Source: Escherichia coli O127:H6 str. E2348/69
GTDB lineage: Bacteria > Pseudomonadota > Gammaproteobacteria > Enterobacterales > Enterobacteriaceae
DNA: 64,000 nt
Direction: 5' to 3' (one strand)
NCBI RefSeq assembly: GCF_000026545.1
Contig: NC_011601.1
The notes under the pieces were generated by a model. The model was not told the DNA's origin. It did no database searches and saw nothing but the letters and a program-made list of their open reading frames with translations. This document shows positions 53,585 through 62,645 of the stretch, one piece after another; within the stretch, counting starts at the first letter, position 1; every line of letters begins with the position of its first letter. A program made the position numbers and the translations under genes.

Positions 53585-55102
53585 TTAATCAAATGATGTG
53601 GCCAGTTCAATTAATTCAATGTAATTATGTAAGGCATAAAAAGATGTATTCAGACCATTCTCTATAAGGGCTCCTTGCAAATACTTTATAGCTGTATCAC
53701 CATCAATAGGGCCTTGTTGAGATATAATCATTAGTGAATTTTGCCCATTGTTTTTTATACTTGATTTAAGCATGTTTATATTATTAATAAAATACAATGC
53801 AACATCTAAGTAATTTATTAATGTTAAATTTATTTTGGGCTCAATCTGTGAGATGAATAATCTACTGCTCGCCGTTCTATAGATATAATTGACACCTATT
53901 CTTTGCTGATTTGTATCAAGATTTAATTCAAGGATGGCTTGAGAAACACCTTTTAAATTGGAGCTTTGCTTTATCGAATCAGTGAAACGTTGTGCTGCAT
54001 TTCTTCGACCAATTAGTCCATCTATAATTTGACGTTCCTTATCATATATAATCATTAGCGAAATTATAAAAATATAATCTACTTTCTTTTTGACTAAATC
54101 AGATTTAAGAATGTCTATTAACCTTTCAGTATTTCGGATTGAGTCTCTTAGATTTAACCCAAATGCTTCAAATACGTTGGAAATATTTATTGAAAAGTCT
54201 TCTAATGTTGCTGTTAGTGGGTGTGTTTTTGATGTGATATTTTCAAAATCGGTACCAATATAATCACCAACAACACCATTAATTAAATCTTTAAGCTCAG
54301 GTTGTTTTAAAGTAAATCTTCTATGAAAAAAACGGCCTAAATAGTCATTTGCGGAAAAATCATTACCGTAAACATTCTTGATTGAATGTTGTAATTGATC
54401 TGTGTCAGTAGCAATAATAAAGACAAAATTTTTAATATCGAATATATGTTTAACAATCTCTAAAAGAGAAATTGCATAATCTGGCCTGCATCTGTCTAAT
54501 TCATCTATAAAGATAAATATAGGACATGAAAAACTATTTTCATATGCCAACCTAGACCATAACGTTAGTTCTTTTTTTAATACCTTAATGCTCTTCAGTT
54601 TTTCCTGGTGTTCCTTCAGCATTATTAATGAGGCTTCTTTGGCTATATCACCTACGTTATCTACTCCTGCATAAGTCTTGATTAGGCCAGATATGATTTC
54701 AGGTAGAACACCTTTTGTAAAGCGTCCGATAGCATGGCCGCTTTGTATCAATCGAGCATCAAGTTTTCCTGCATATGTTTGCAATTGTTGTGACAAAGAA
54801 GAAAAAAGGGTTAAAAATGCATCATCAGAAAAGTCTTGCTTCCAGGCATCAATGTAAACGCATGGGTGTGCATCTTTTATTGAGTTATAAAATCTCTTTA
54901 TGAAAAAACTTTTACCAGCTCCCCATTCTGCATTAAGGTTGATTACCGTGTTGTTCTTTTGCCCCTTTTCCTTAAGATAAAAATATAGATATTCTGCATA
55001 GTGTCTCCGATTAAGTTTGTCTTTGGAAAGAATTTCCTCTTCGTCGTCTAATATAAAGGTAGTTTCTTCATCCCAGTTCCAATTACAATCACCACATTTC
55101 AC
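53585..55102 (-). CDS. KAP-family P-loop NTPase (prophage cargo; candidate anti-phage protein)
   Basis: 505 aa; GTG start with GGAGA RBS; Walker A AEWGAGKS (res 58-65) and Walker B IFIFIDELDRC typical of KAP NTPases; long Asn/Ile/Lys-rich C-terminal region; AT-rich. Confidence 0.7.
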   Translation of the reverse strand: MKCGDCNWNWDEETTFILDDEEEILSKDKLNRRHYAEYLYFYLKEKGQKNNTVINLNAEWGAGKSFFIKRFYNSIKDAHPCVYIDAWKQDFSDDAFLTLFSSLSQQLQTYAGKLDARLIQSGHAIGRFTKGVLPEIISGLIKTYAGVDNVGDIAKEASLIMLKEHQEKLKSIKVLKKELTLWSRLAYENSFSCPIFIFIDELDRCRPDYAISLLEIVKHIFDIKNFVFIIATDTDQLQHSIKNVYGNDFSANDYLGRFFHRRFTLKQPELKDLINGVVGDYIGTDFENITSKTHPLTATLEDFSINISNVFEAFGLNLRDSIRNTERLIDILKSDLVKKKVDYIFIISLMIIYDKERQIIDGLIGRRNAAQRFTDSIKQSSNLKGVSQAILELNLDTNQQRIGVNYIYRTASSRLFISQIEPKINLTLINYLDVALYFINNINMLKSSIKNNGQNSLMIISQQGPIDGDTAIKYLQGALIENGLNTSFYALHNYIELIELATSFD

Positions 55103-55127
55103 TATGAAGTCTCCATGAAAAATTTAC

Positions 55128-56051
55128 TTAATGTAAACAACTTATAATAACTTTTGCAATAAACTCAATGTCTGTAAGCGAACATTCAAAAGAGTGATTT
55201 TGGGATGAAATATAAACTCGTCCTTTAGGTAGTCGAGTTATCATTCTAAATGAATTCTCTCCATCAATATTTACTAGCCACTTACCATCATGTACATCTT
55301 TAAAACCCATTTCACATATTAATTCAGAGTCTTCGGTAGATACTACGAATGCATTTTTTAAATTGGAAGGTAGAAAGCATGGGTCAAATAAATATGAGCC
55401 ATCATTTATTAACTTGCCATTGATTAATACTTTTTTCACTAATGTTAAAGTATCTTTATTTTTTGCGTTTTTCATTTCTCCTGTACCAAATGAAATCCAT
55501 TCAATAGAATGGCCCGTTTCTATTGCACACTGCAAAACCCAGTCTGCAGGAAAAATGTCACGCATGTATCGTGTGGCTAATGTGCTTTTTGAAATACCTA
55601 GGTGATCAGCTAATGCTTGGCGCGTTTTGTAACCGTAAGCCTCGACAATTCGTTCTATTGTTGCCTTACCCCCTCGGTTAAAATTCATGAGTTTTTCATT
55701 ATCGAACTTTATAGTGGGAATGTATACTTCATTGCAAAGGCCATTAACGGCATGTTTTTCAGAATATTGCTCTGATGAAGGAGCAGTATCTGAACCAAGA
55801 ACTAACCATTCAATTGATGCTCCTGTTTCTATGGAACATATAACAACCCAATCTGCAGGAAAGGTATTACGTGCATATCTGTTGGCCATAGTACTTTGGG
55901 AAATACCTAGATGATTACATAATGCCTGTCGTGACTTGAAGCCATAGGCTAGGAGTATACGCTCAATAACTTTTTGCCCTCCACGATTCTGCATAACTAT
56001 TGCTTTCAGATCGTTTTTGATATGGCTAAATTTTAATTTTTGAGTTGACAT
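55128..56051 (-). CDS. CI-like repressor paralog with tandemly duplicated N-terminal DNA-binding domain
   Basis: 307 aa; residues ~20-85 and ~120-190 are two copies of the domain (IERxxxAYGxKxRQALxxHLGISxSTxAxRYxRxxFPAxWVxxCxxETGxSxxWL) found once in the adjacent CI; C-terminal domain is paralogous to the CI C-terminus. Start could alternatively be the Met at residue 20. Confidence 0.75.
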   Translation of the reverse strand: MSTQKLKFSHIKNDLKAIVMQNRGGQKVIERILLAYGFKSRQALCNHLGISQSTMANRYARNTFPADWVVICSIETGASIEWLVLGSDTAPSSEQYSEKHAVNGLCNEVYIPTIKFDNEKLMNFNRGGKATIERIVEAYGYKTRQALADHLGISKSTLATRYMRDIFPADWVLQCAIETGHSIEWISFGTGEMKNAKNKDTLTLVKKVLINGKLINDGSYLFDPCFLPSNLKNAFVVSTEDSELICEMGFKDVHDGKWLVNIDGENSFRMITRLPKGRVYISSQNHSFECSLTDIEFIAKVIISCLH

Positions 56052-56101
56052 ATTTTTTACACCACAACAAATGCTTTACCAAGCATAAAAACATTCCTAT
56101 A

Positions 56102-56677
56102 TTACTCAAAGTACTTAACTGTTATGCTTATAATTTTTCCAATAATTTCGATTTCTTCTTTTTTACATTCGAAAGCCCTATTTCCACCTTCAACTAAGAT
56201 TCTTCCACCAGGTAAACGAGTGATATCGCGGATTGTTACTTCGGCATCAATACTTATTACCCATTTGCCGTCACGAATATCGTTAAACTCTTTATCGCAA
56301 ATAAAAACGGAATTGTTATCGGTGATTACAAACGGATTTTTGAGCGTAGATGGTAGAAATTCTTTATCGAAAATATAAAAACCATCTTCCTGCAAGGTTC
56401 CATCAGATAATACATATTTAACGACTTCCATAGTATTTGTATTACCTGAAGTTTGCTTTGAACCATGTCCGGTCGTGAGCCAGTTAAGCGAGGCGCCCGT
56501 TTCAAGTGCGCACTGGATTACCCATTCAGCAGGGAATGAGTCACGCATATAGCGTGTGGCGAGAGTACTTTTAGAGATTCCTAAGTGATCGCACAACGCC
56601 TGTCGAGTCTTGAAGCCATATGCTTCTACCATGCGCTCTATAGCGCCTCGTCCGCCTTTCTCCAAACTCATGGTCAC
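56102..56677 (-). CDS. cI: prophage immunity repressor CI (186 type)
   Basis: 191 aa; divergent from the apl/cII operon; N-terminal domain resembles recalled 186 CI (...AYGF...CALETGA..W..TG); start may be the ATG at 56671 instead. Confidence 0.75.
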   Translation of the reverse strand: MTMSLEKGGRGAIERMVEAYGFKTRQALCDHLGISKSTLATRYMRDSFPAEWVIQCALETGASLNWLTTGHGSKQTSGNTNTMEVVKYVLSDGTLQEDGFYIFDKEFLPSTLKNPFVITDNNSVFICDKEFNDIRDGKWVISIDAEVTIRDITRLPGGRILVEGGNRAFECKKEEIEIIGKIISITVKYFE

Positions 56678-56796
56678 TCCAAGTGAACTTTTGTCTTGAC
56701 GATTTCATTATGCGATCGCATGTTTATGGTGTTCACAAAATGCAAACGATCCGTATTCGTCCTGATTAATCAACATTAAACGAGGAATGTTGCATC
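56678..56796. promoter_or_regulatory. prophage immunity switch region (early lytic promoter and candidate CI operators)
   Basis: Divergent intergenic region with TTGACG -35-like hexamer (56696-56701), perfect 12-bp palindrome ATGCGATCGCAT (56710-56721), and flanking inverted repeat GTGAAC...GTTCAC (56683-56688 / 56731-56736). Confidence 0.45.
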
Positions 56797-57018
56797 ATGA
56801 AACCTAACATTTCAATCACTCTTACCACGCCTCATGTGACTATTGAACGTTATAGCGAGCTGACAGGGCTATCCATCGATACTATCAATGACATGTTGGC
56901 TGATGGACGTCTTATCCGTCACCGTCTGCGGAAAGATAAAAAACGCGAAAAAGTGATGATCAACATAGCAGCCATGACCGTTGATGCGCTTTCAGAATGC
57001 AATCTAAACCTTAATTAG
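56797..57018 (+). CDS. Apl/Cox-like HTH excisionase-regulator
   Basis: 73 aa; first gene of the rightward operon with GAGGAA RBS; position matches 186 apl / P2 cox. Confidence 0.55.
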   Translation: MKPNISITLTTPHVTIERYSELTGLSIDTINDMLADGRLIRHRLRKDKKREKVMINIAAMTVDALSECNLNLN

Positions 57019-57050
57019 TTCGATTCTGAAATACATCAGAGGCATTGACC

Positions 57051-57560
57051 ATGTTTGATTACCAAGTTTCCAAACACCCGCATTTTGATGAAGCCTGTAG
57101 AGCTTTTGCACTTCGTCACAATATGGCGAAGCTGGCAGAACGTGCAGGAATGAATGTCCAGACTCTGCGAAACAAACTCAACCCAGATCAACCGCATCAG
57201 CTCAATGCGCCAGAAATCTGGCTGCTTACCGATCTGACTGAAGATTCAACGCTGGTAGATGGCTTTCTGGCACAGATTCACTGCCTGCCATGTGTACCGA
57301 TTAATGAGGTGGCAAAAGAGAAACTGCCGCATTACGTCATGAGTGCAACTGCAGAGATAGGGCGTGTCGCGGCAGGTGCGGTTTCTGGCGATGTAAAAAC
57401 CAGTGCAGGCCGTCGTGATGCGATCAGCAGCATTAACTCTGTTACACGACTGATGGCGCTGGCTGCTGTTTCATTGCAGGCCCGTTTACAGGCTAATCCT
57501 GCGATGGCGAGTGCAGTTGATACCGTGACTGGCCTCGGTGCTTCATTCGGTTTGCTGTGA
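57051..57560 (+). CDS. cII: CII-like lysogeny establishment regulator (186 type)
   Basis: Start trimmed to [45 protein letters not shown]...; closely matches recalled 186 CII over its full length. Confidence 0.85.
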   Translation: MFDYQVSKHPHFDEACRAFALRHNMAKLAERAGMNVQTLRNKLNPDQPHQLNAPEIWLLTDLTEDSTLVDGFLAQIHCLPCVPINEVAKEKLPHYVMSATAEIGRVAAGAVSGDVKTSAGRRDAISSINSVTRLMALAAVSLQARLQANPAMASAVDTVTGLGASFGLL

Positions 57561-57567
57561 GGTGCTT

Positions 57568-57768
57568 ATGCTGACGAAAGAACCATCATTTGCATCGCTG
57601 CTGGTAAAACAAAGTCCGGCAATGCACTACGGTCACGGCTGGATCATGGGTGAGGATGGTAAACGCTGGCATCCGTGCCGTTCACAAGATGAATTGCTGG
57701 CAGAACTATCAACGAAAAAACGGGGGAACCAATGGCTATTGAAGGCGCTGCGGCGACTGTTCCATTAA
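57568..57768 (+). CDS. hypothetical phage early protein
   Basis: 66 aa from MLTKEPSF...; sits where 186 carries fil; no recognisable motif. Confidence 0.4.
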   Translation: MLTKEPSFASLLVKQSPAMHYGHGWIMGEDGKRWHPCRSQDELLAELSTKKRGNQWLLKALRRLFH

Positions 57769-58073
57769 GCCCCGGTGAACGCCTGAATGGACTTAATCAT
57801 ATTGCGGAATTAAGAGCGAAAGTTTTTGGCCTGAATATTGAGTCAGAGCTTGAGCGGTTTATTAAAGATATGCGTGATCCACGGGATATCAATAATGAAC
57901 AAAATAAACGGGCACTGGCTGCCATATTCTTTATGGCAAAAATTCCAGCTGAACGTCATAGCATCAGCATTAATGAGCTGACCACTGACGAAAAGCGGGA
58001 GCTGATTAAAGCAATGAATCATTTTCGTGCAGTGGTGAGCTTATTTCCCAGACGGCTAACCATGCCGAATTAA
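57732..58073 (+). CDS. hypothetical phage early protein
   Basis: 113 aa ORF in the early operon; start uncertain (overlaps previous gene by 37 nt). Confidence 0.4.
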   Translation: MAIEGAAATVPLSPGERLNGLNHIAELRAKVFGLNIESELERFIKDMRDPRDINNEQNKRALAAIFFMAKIPAERHSISINELTTDEKRELIKAMNHFRAVVSLFPRRLTMPN

Positions 58074-58140
58074 CCAACTAATGAAATTCATGGCGTAAAC
58101 CCGCCAGGCATCCCTTTATCTAAATTCAGGAGAATTGATT

Positions 58141-58374
58141 ATGCGTAATATTGAAACCCTCACGACTAAAACCGGACCGGATGATGCAGGGCTTAATATT
58201 TTACTGACAGAGGCTCGTCTGGAAGAACGCCGGGCAAGGGCTGAAGCAATGGCAGCTCGCCTTGATAGCCTGGCGTGTCATATCACATCCCGCCAGCTAA
58301 ACCACGTCGAAGCGGCAGAACTGCTGCGTGTGACTGCTGAAGCAATCCAGAACGAAGCGCAGGAGATCCACTGA
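58141..58374 (+). CDS. hypothetical phage early protein
   Basis: 77 aa from MRNIETLTTK...; CAGGAGAA RBS 6 nt upstream; stop overlaps next start (TGATG). Confidence 0.5.
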   Translation: MRNIETLTTKTGPDDAGLNILLTEARLEERRARAEAMAARLDSLACHITSRQLNHVEAAELLRVTAEAIQNEAQEIH

Positions 58375-58601
58375 TGGCTGATGCAATGGATCTCGTACAG
58401 CAGCGCGTTGAAGAAGAACGCCAGCGTCATATCCGTGCTGCCCGCGCCAAAACGCCGGGCGTATCCCGCGTGCTTTGCATTGAGTGTGAAGCACCAATTC
58501 CGCCAGCACGACGTCGCGCCATTCCGGGTGTGCAGCTTTGCATTACCTGTCAGGAAATCGCAGAGCTGAAAGGCAAACATTACAACGGAGGTGCTGTATG
58601 A
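58374..58601 (+). CDS. phage TraR/DksA-family C4 zinc-finger protein
   Basis: 75 aa; CIECEAPIPPARRRAIPGVQLCITCQ is paralogous to chromosomal YbiI (CEECGAPIPQARREAIPGVRLCIHCQ). Confidence 0.75.
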   Translation: MADAMDLVQQRVEEERQRHIRAARAKTPGVSRVLCIECEAPIPPARRRAIPGVQLCITCQEIAELKGKHYNGGAV

Positions 58602-59455
58602 GCACCATCCTGAAATGGGCGGGTAATAAAACCGCCATTATGCCAGAACTGAAAAAATACCTTCCTGCTGGCCCGCGACTGGTTGAACCTTTCGCGGGTT
58701 CTTGTGCTGTGATGATAGAGACGGATTACCCCAGCTATCTTGTTGCGGATATTAATCCTGATTTAATCAACCTCTATAAAAAGGTTGCTGCTGATTGCGA
58801 GGCGTTTATATCTCGTGCCAGAGCTTTATTTGAGGAAGCAAACAGGGAGGTGGCTTATTACAACATAAGGCAGGAGTTTAATTACTCCACTGAAATTACT
58901 GATTTCATGAAAGCGGTATATTTCCTGTATCTCAATCGTCATGGTTACCGTGGGTTATGTCGCTATAACAAGAGCGGGCATTTCAACATTCCCTACGGGA
59001 ATTATAAAAATCCGTATTTCCCTGAAAAAGAAATTCGCAAATTTGCAGAAAAAGCCCAGCGAGCAACGTTTATCTGCGCCAGCTTTGATGAAACGCTGGC
59101 GATGTTGAAGGCGGGGGATGTGGTGTATTGCGATCCGCCTTATGACGGTACGTTTTCCGGCTATCACACTGATGGCTTCACTGAGGATGACCAGTATCAC
59201 CTGGCATCCGTTCTTGAACATCGATCATCTGAAGGTCATCCGGTCATTGTTTCTAACAGTGACACATCCCTGATTCGTTCGCTGTATCGCAATTTCACTC
59301 ACCACTACATCAAGGCAAAACGCAGCATCGGCGTGTCGGCTGGCGAGAGTAAATCTGCAACAGAAATCATTGCTGTTTCCGGGGCGCGCTGCTGGGTGGG
59401 ATTTGATCCTTCGCGTGGCGTGGATAGTTCTGCTGTGTACGAGGTGCGTGTATGA
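58598..59455 (+). CDS. dam: phage DNA adenine methyltransferase (Dam-like)
   Basis: 285 aa from [12 protein letters not shown]... with GGAGG RBS; FAGSCAV SAM-binding motif and DPPY catalytic motif. Confidence 0.85.
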
Positions 59456-61866
59456 GTCATGATGATATGAGCAACTCTAGCGGCTTTAACGAGGCCGCTG
59501 CAGCATTTTCATGGAACGGCCCGAAAAAGGCCATTAACCCTTATCTGGATCCGGCGGAAGTTGCGCCGGAGTCTGCACTTTCAAACATGATCACTCTGTA
59601 CGCTGCCGATAACGAGCAGGAACAGCTGCGCCGCGATGCACTGAGTGAGCAGGTCTGGGAGCGTTATTTCTTTAATGAATCCCGTGATCCTGTCCAGCGC
59701 GAAATGGAGCAGGATAATCTCATTAGTCGGGCAAAGCTGGCGCATGATCAGCAGCGTTTTAACCCGGACATGGTCATTCTGGCGGACGTCAGCGCCCAGC
59801 CCACCCACATCAGCAAGCCGCTGATGCAACGTATCGAATACTTCAGCAGCCTGGGCAGGCCAAAGGCTTATTCCCGCTATTTGCGTGAGACGATTAAGTC
59901 ATGTCTGGAGCGACTGGAGTATGTACGCGACAGTCAGCTATCCGCTTCTTTCCGTTTTATGGCAAGCCATCAAGGGCTTGAGGGCCTGCTGATCCTGCCT
60001 GAAATGAGTCAGGATCAGGTAAAACGCCTGTCCACCTTGGTAGCAGCGCATATGAGCATGTGTCTTGAGGCCGCTTGTGGTGATTTGTATGCCTCCGATG
60101 ACGTTAAGCCAGAAGAAATCCGCAAGACATGGGAAAAGGTGGCAGCGGAAACCCTGCGTCTGGATGTTATCCCGCCTGCGTTTGAGAAACTCCGTCGGAA
60201 AAGAAACCGCCGCAAACCCGTGCCCTATGAACTCATACCGGGTTCGCTGGCACGTATGCTTTGCGCCGACTGGTGGTATCGAAAATTGTGGAAGATACGT
60301 TGCGAATGGCGGGAAGAGCAGTTGCGTGCTGTCTGCCTGGTCAGCAAAAAAGCATCTCCCTATGTCAGCTATGAAGCAGTGACGCATAAACGTGAGCAGC
60401 GCCGCAAGTCGCTGGAGTTTTTCCGTTCTCATGAACTGGTGAACGAAGACGGCGACACGCTGGATATGGAAGACGTGGTAAACGCCAGCAGCAGCAACCC
60501 GGCGCACCGCCGCAATGAGATGATGGCCTGTGTTAAAGGTCTGGAGCTTATCGCGGAAATGCGTGGTGACTGCGCCGTTTTCTACACCATTACCTGTCCG
60601 TCACGTTTCCATTCTACGCTCAATAACGGCAGACCAAACCCAACCTGGACAAATGCGACGGTAAGACAAAGCAGCGATTATCTGGTCGGCATGTTTGCTG
60701 CATTTCGTAAGGCTATGCACAAAGCCGGGTTGCGCTGGTATGGCGTGCGGGTGGCTGAGCCGCACCATGACGGTACTGTGCACTGGCATCTCATGTGTTT
60801 CATGCGCAAAAAAGACCGCCGCGCCATTACTGCATTGTTGCGTAAGTTTGCCATCCGTGAAGACCGCGAGGAACTGGGCAATAACACGGGTCCACGCTTT
60901 AAGTCTGAGCTGATAAACCCGCGCAAAGGAACGCCGACAAGCTACATCGCGAAATACATCAGTAAGAACATTGACGGACGTGGTCTGGCTGGCGAGATCA
61001 GCAAGGAAACGGGTAAATCCCTGCGTGATAACGCCGAATACGTTAATGCCTGGGCGTCTCTGCATCGTGTTCAGCAGTTCCGCTTCTTTGGTATTCCGGG
61101 GCGTCAGGCGTACCGTGAACTTCGCTTGCTGGCTGGTCAGGCGGCAAGGCAACAGGGTGACAAAAAAGCAGGTGCGCCGGTACTGGATGACCCGCGCCTT
61201 GATGCCATCCTGGCTGCCGCTGATGCTGGCTGTTTTGCCACCTACATCATGAAGCAGGGCGGCGTACTGGTTCCCCGCAAATATCACCTTATCAGAACAG
61301 CTTATGAAATTAACGAAGAGCCGACCGCTTATGGCGATCACGGTATTCGTATTTATGGCATCTGGTCACCCATTGTACAGGGCAAGATCTGCACTCATGC
61401 AATGAAATGGAAAATGGTTCGTAAGGTCGTTGACGTTCAGGAGGCGGCAGCCGACCAGGGCGCTTGCGCCCCTTGGACTCGTGGCAATAACTGTCCCCTT
61501 GCTGAAAATTTGAACCGACAGGAGAAAGATAAATCAGCTGATGGGGACCCCAGAACGGACATTACCCGCATGGATGACAAGGAGTTACACGATTACCTGC
61601 ACAGTATGAACAAAAAGGAGCGCCGGGAACTGGCTGCAAGGTTACGTCTGGTGAAACCGAAACGGCGTAGAGACTACAAACAGCGAATTACAGACCATCA
61701 ACGACAGCAGCTCGTCTATGAACTGAAATCCAGAGGATTTGATGGCAGCGAGAAAGAGGTCGATTTACTCCTTCGCGGCGGCAGTATTCCGTCAGGAGCT
61801 GGCCTGCGTATCTTCTATCGGAACCAGCGTTTGCAGGAAGATGATAAGTGGCGGAACCTGTATTAA
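59452..61866 (+). CDS. A: phage replication initiation protein A (HuH rolling-circle endonuclease)
   Basis: 804 aa; HuH motif (VHWHLMCF) followed later by tyrosine-containing region ([10 protein letters not shown]); positional equivalent of P2/186 gene A. Confidence 0.8.
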   Translation: MSHDDMSNSSGFNEAAAAFSWNGPKKAINPYLDPAEVAPESALSNMITLYAADNEQEQLRRDALSEQVWERYFFNESRDPVQREMEQDNLISRAKLAHDQQRFNPDMVILADVSAQPTHISKPLMQRIEYFSSLGRPKAYSRYLRETIKSCLERLEYVRDSQLSASFRFMASHQGLEGLLILPEMSQDQVKRLSTLVAAHMSMCLEAACGDLYASDDVKPEEIRKTWEKVAAETLRLDVIPPAFEKLRRKRNRRKPVPYELIPGSLARMLCADWWYRKLWKIRCEWREEQLRAVCLVSKKASPYVSYEAVTHKREQRRKSLEFFRSHELVNEDGDTLDMEDVVNASSSNPAHRRNEMMACVKGLELIAEMRGDCAVFYTITCPSRFHSTLNNGRPNPTWTNATVRQSSDYLVGMFAAFRKAMHKAGLRWYGVRVAEPHHDGTVHWHLMCFMRKKDRRAITALLRKFAIREDREELGNNTGPRFKSELINPRKGTPTSYIAKYISKNIDGRGLAGEISKETGKSLRDNAEYVNAWASLHRVQQFRFFGIPGRQAYRELRLLAGQAARQQGDKKAGAPVLDDPRLDAILAAADAGCFATYIMKQGGVLVPRKYHLIRTAYEINEEPTAYGDHGIRIYGIWSPIVQGKICTHAMKWKMVRKVVDVQEAAADQGACAPWTRGNNCPLAENLNRQEKDKSADGDPRTDITRMDDKELHDYLHSMNKKERRELAARLRLVKPKRRRDYKQRITDHQRQQLVYELKSRGFDGSEKEVDLLLRGGSIPSGAGLRIFYRNQRLQEDDKWRNLY

Positions 61867-61959
61867 TTACGCTGGTTAACAATTCGTGCTCTTAATAATA
61901 CCAGGCATATCAGGCTGATAAGCGTAAAAAAAACGTTTTACATCAGTAAGATTATTATA

Positions 61960-61979
61960 TACTGTAAATATAAACAGTG
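61960..61979 (+). promoter_or_regulatory. LexA (SOS) box
   Basis: TACTGTAAATATAAACAGTG fits CTGT-N8-ACAG, 40 bp upstream of the 62021 ORF. Confidence 0.75.
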
Positions 61980-62020
61980 GTTATACATACAGCATTGTGT
62001 GTGGTGTCATAGGAGGAAAG

Positions 62021-62209
62021 ATGCAGGACTATTTTTTGGAGTCTTTGAAGCTCCAGCGCATTGATTTTTTTCTTAAGCTTGTAGCGGCTAGTGAGTGTAG
62101 TGATGAAGAGAAGGGGCTGGCTCTGCAGTGGGTTTCTGAATTGACTGATGAACTTATGGCAAAAATCAGAAGCCACGAATACAACCGCTCAATGGATGTC
62201 ATCAGCTGA
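62021..62209 (+). CDS. SOS-controlled small protein (positional equivalent of the 186 Tum antirepressor; function unverified)
   Basis: 62 aa from MQDYFLESLK... with AGGAGG RBS; directly downstream of the LexA box. Confidence 0.5.
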   Translation: MQDYFLESLKLQRIDFFLKLVAASECSDEEKGLALQWVSELTDELMAKIRSHEYNRSMDVIS

Positions 62210-62219
62210 GGTGACTTTT

Positions 62220-62453
62220 ATGCGCATTGAAATAATGATCGATAAAGAGCAGAAGATTAGCCAGTCTACCCTGGACGCCCTTGAATCCGAGCTTTACCGC
62301 AATCTGCGCCCCCTGTATCCCAAAACGGTAATTCGCATTCGCAAAGGTAGCTCTAACGGTGTGGAACTAACCGGACTGCAACTGGATGAAGAAAGAAAAC
62401 AAGTGATGAAAATTATGCAGAAGGTGTGGGAGGACGACAGCTGGCTGCATTAA
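62220..62453 (+). CDS. DinI-family protein
   Basis: 77 aa MRIEIMIDKEQ...IMQKVWEDDSWLH resembles DinI; GAGGTG RBS. Confidence 0.75.
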   Translation: MRIEIMIDKEQKISQSTLDALESELYRNLRPLYPKTVIRIRKGSSNGVELTGLQLDEERKQVMKIMQKVWEDDSWLH

Positions 62454-62645
62454 GAAACGTTGCCCCCAGGAGGATTCATTCTGATGGGGGCTAGTTTGGG
62501 CAATGAGTGAAATAAGGCGTAAGGTGGGCGGTTATTTTGATAAGTGATCGTCCGCTTTGTGTCAGAAGCAGAAGTGGGAGTGTCTGAGACTCTCTAAAAG
62601 TTGATGATTCACTTACAAAACCATTTTCCTGATGAATGCTTACAC

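Noticed and set aside
55363-55914. Two similar + strand ORFs (80 and 75 aa) that look like a repeat
   Set aside because: They are antisense echoes of the tandemly duplicated HTH domain in the minus-strand CI-paralog gene, not separate genes or a CRISPR-like array.
55128-56677. Possible CRISPR array suggested by repeated ~200-bp units
   Set aside because: Repeats are ~200 bp, imperfect and coding (a protein-domain duplication), not short direct repeats with unique spacers; no cas genes nearby.
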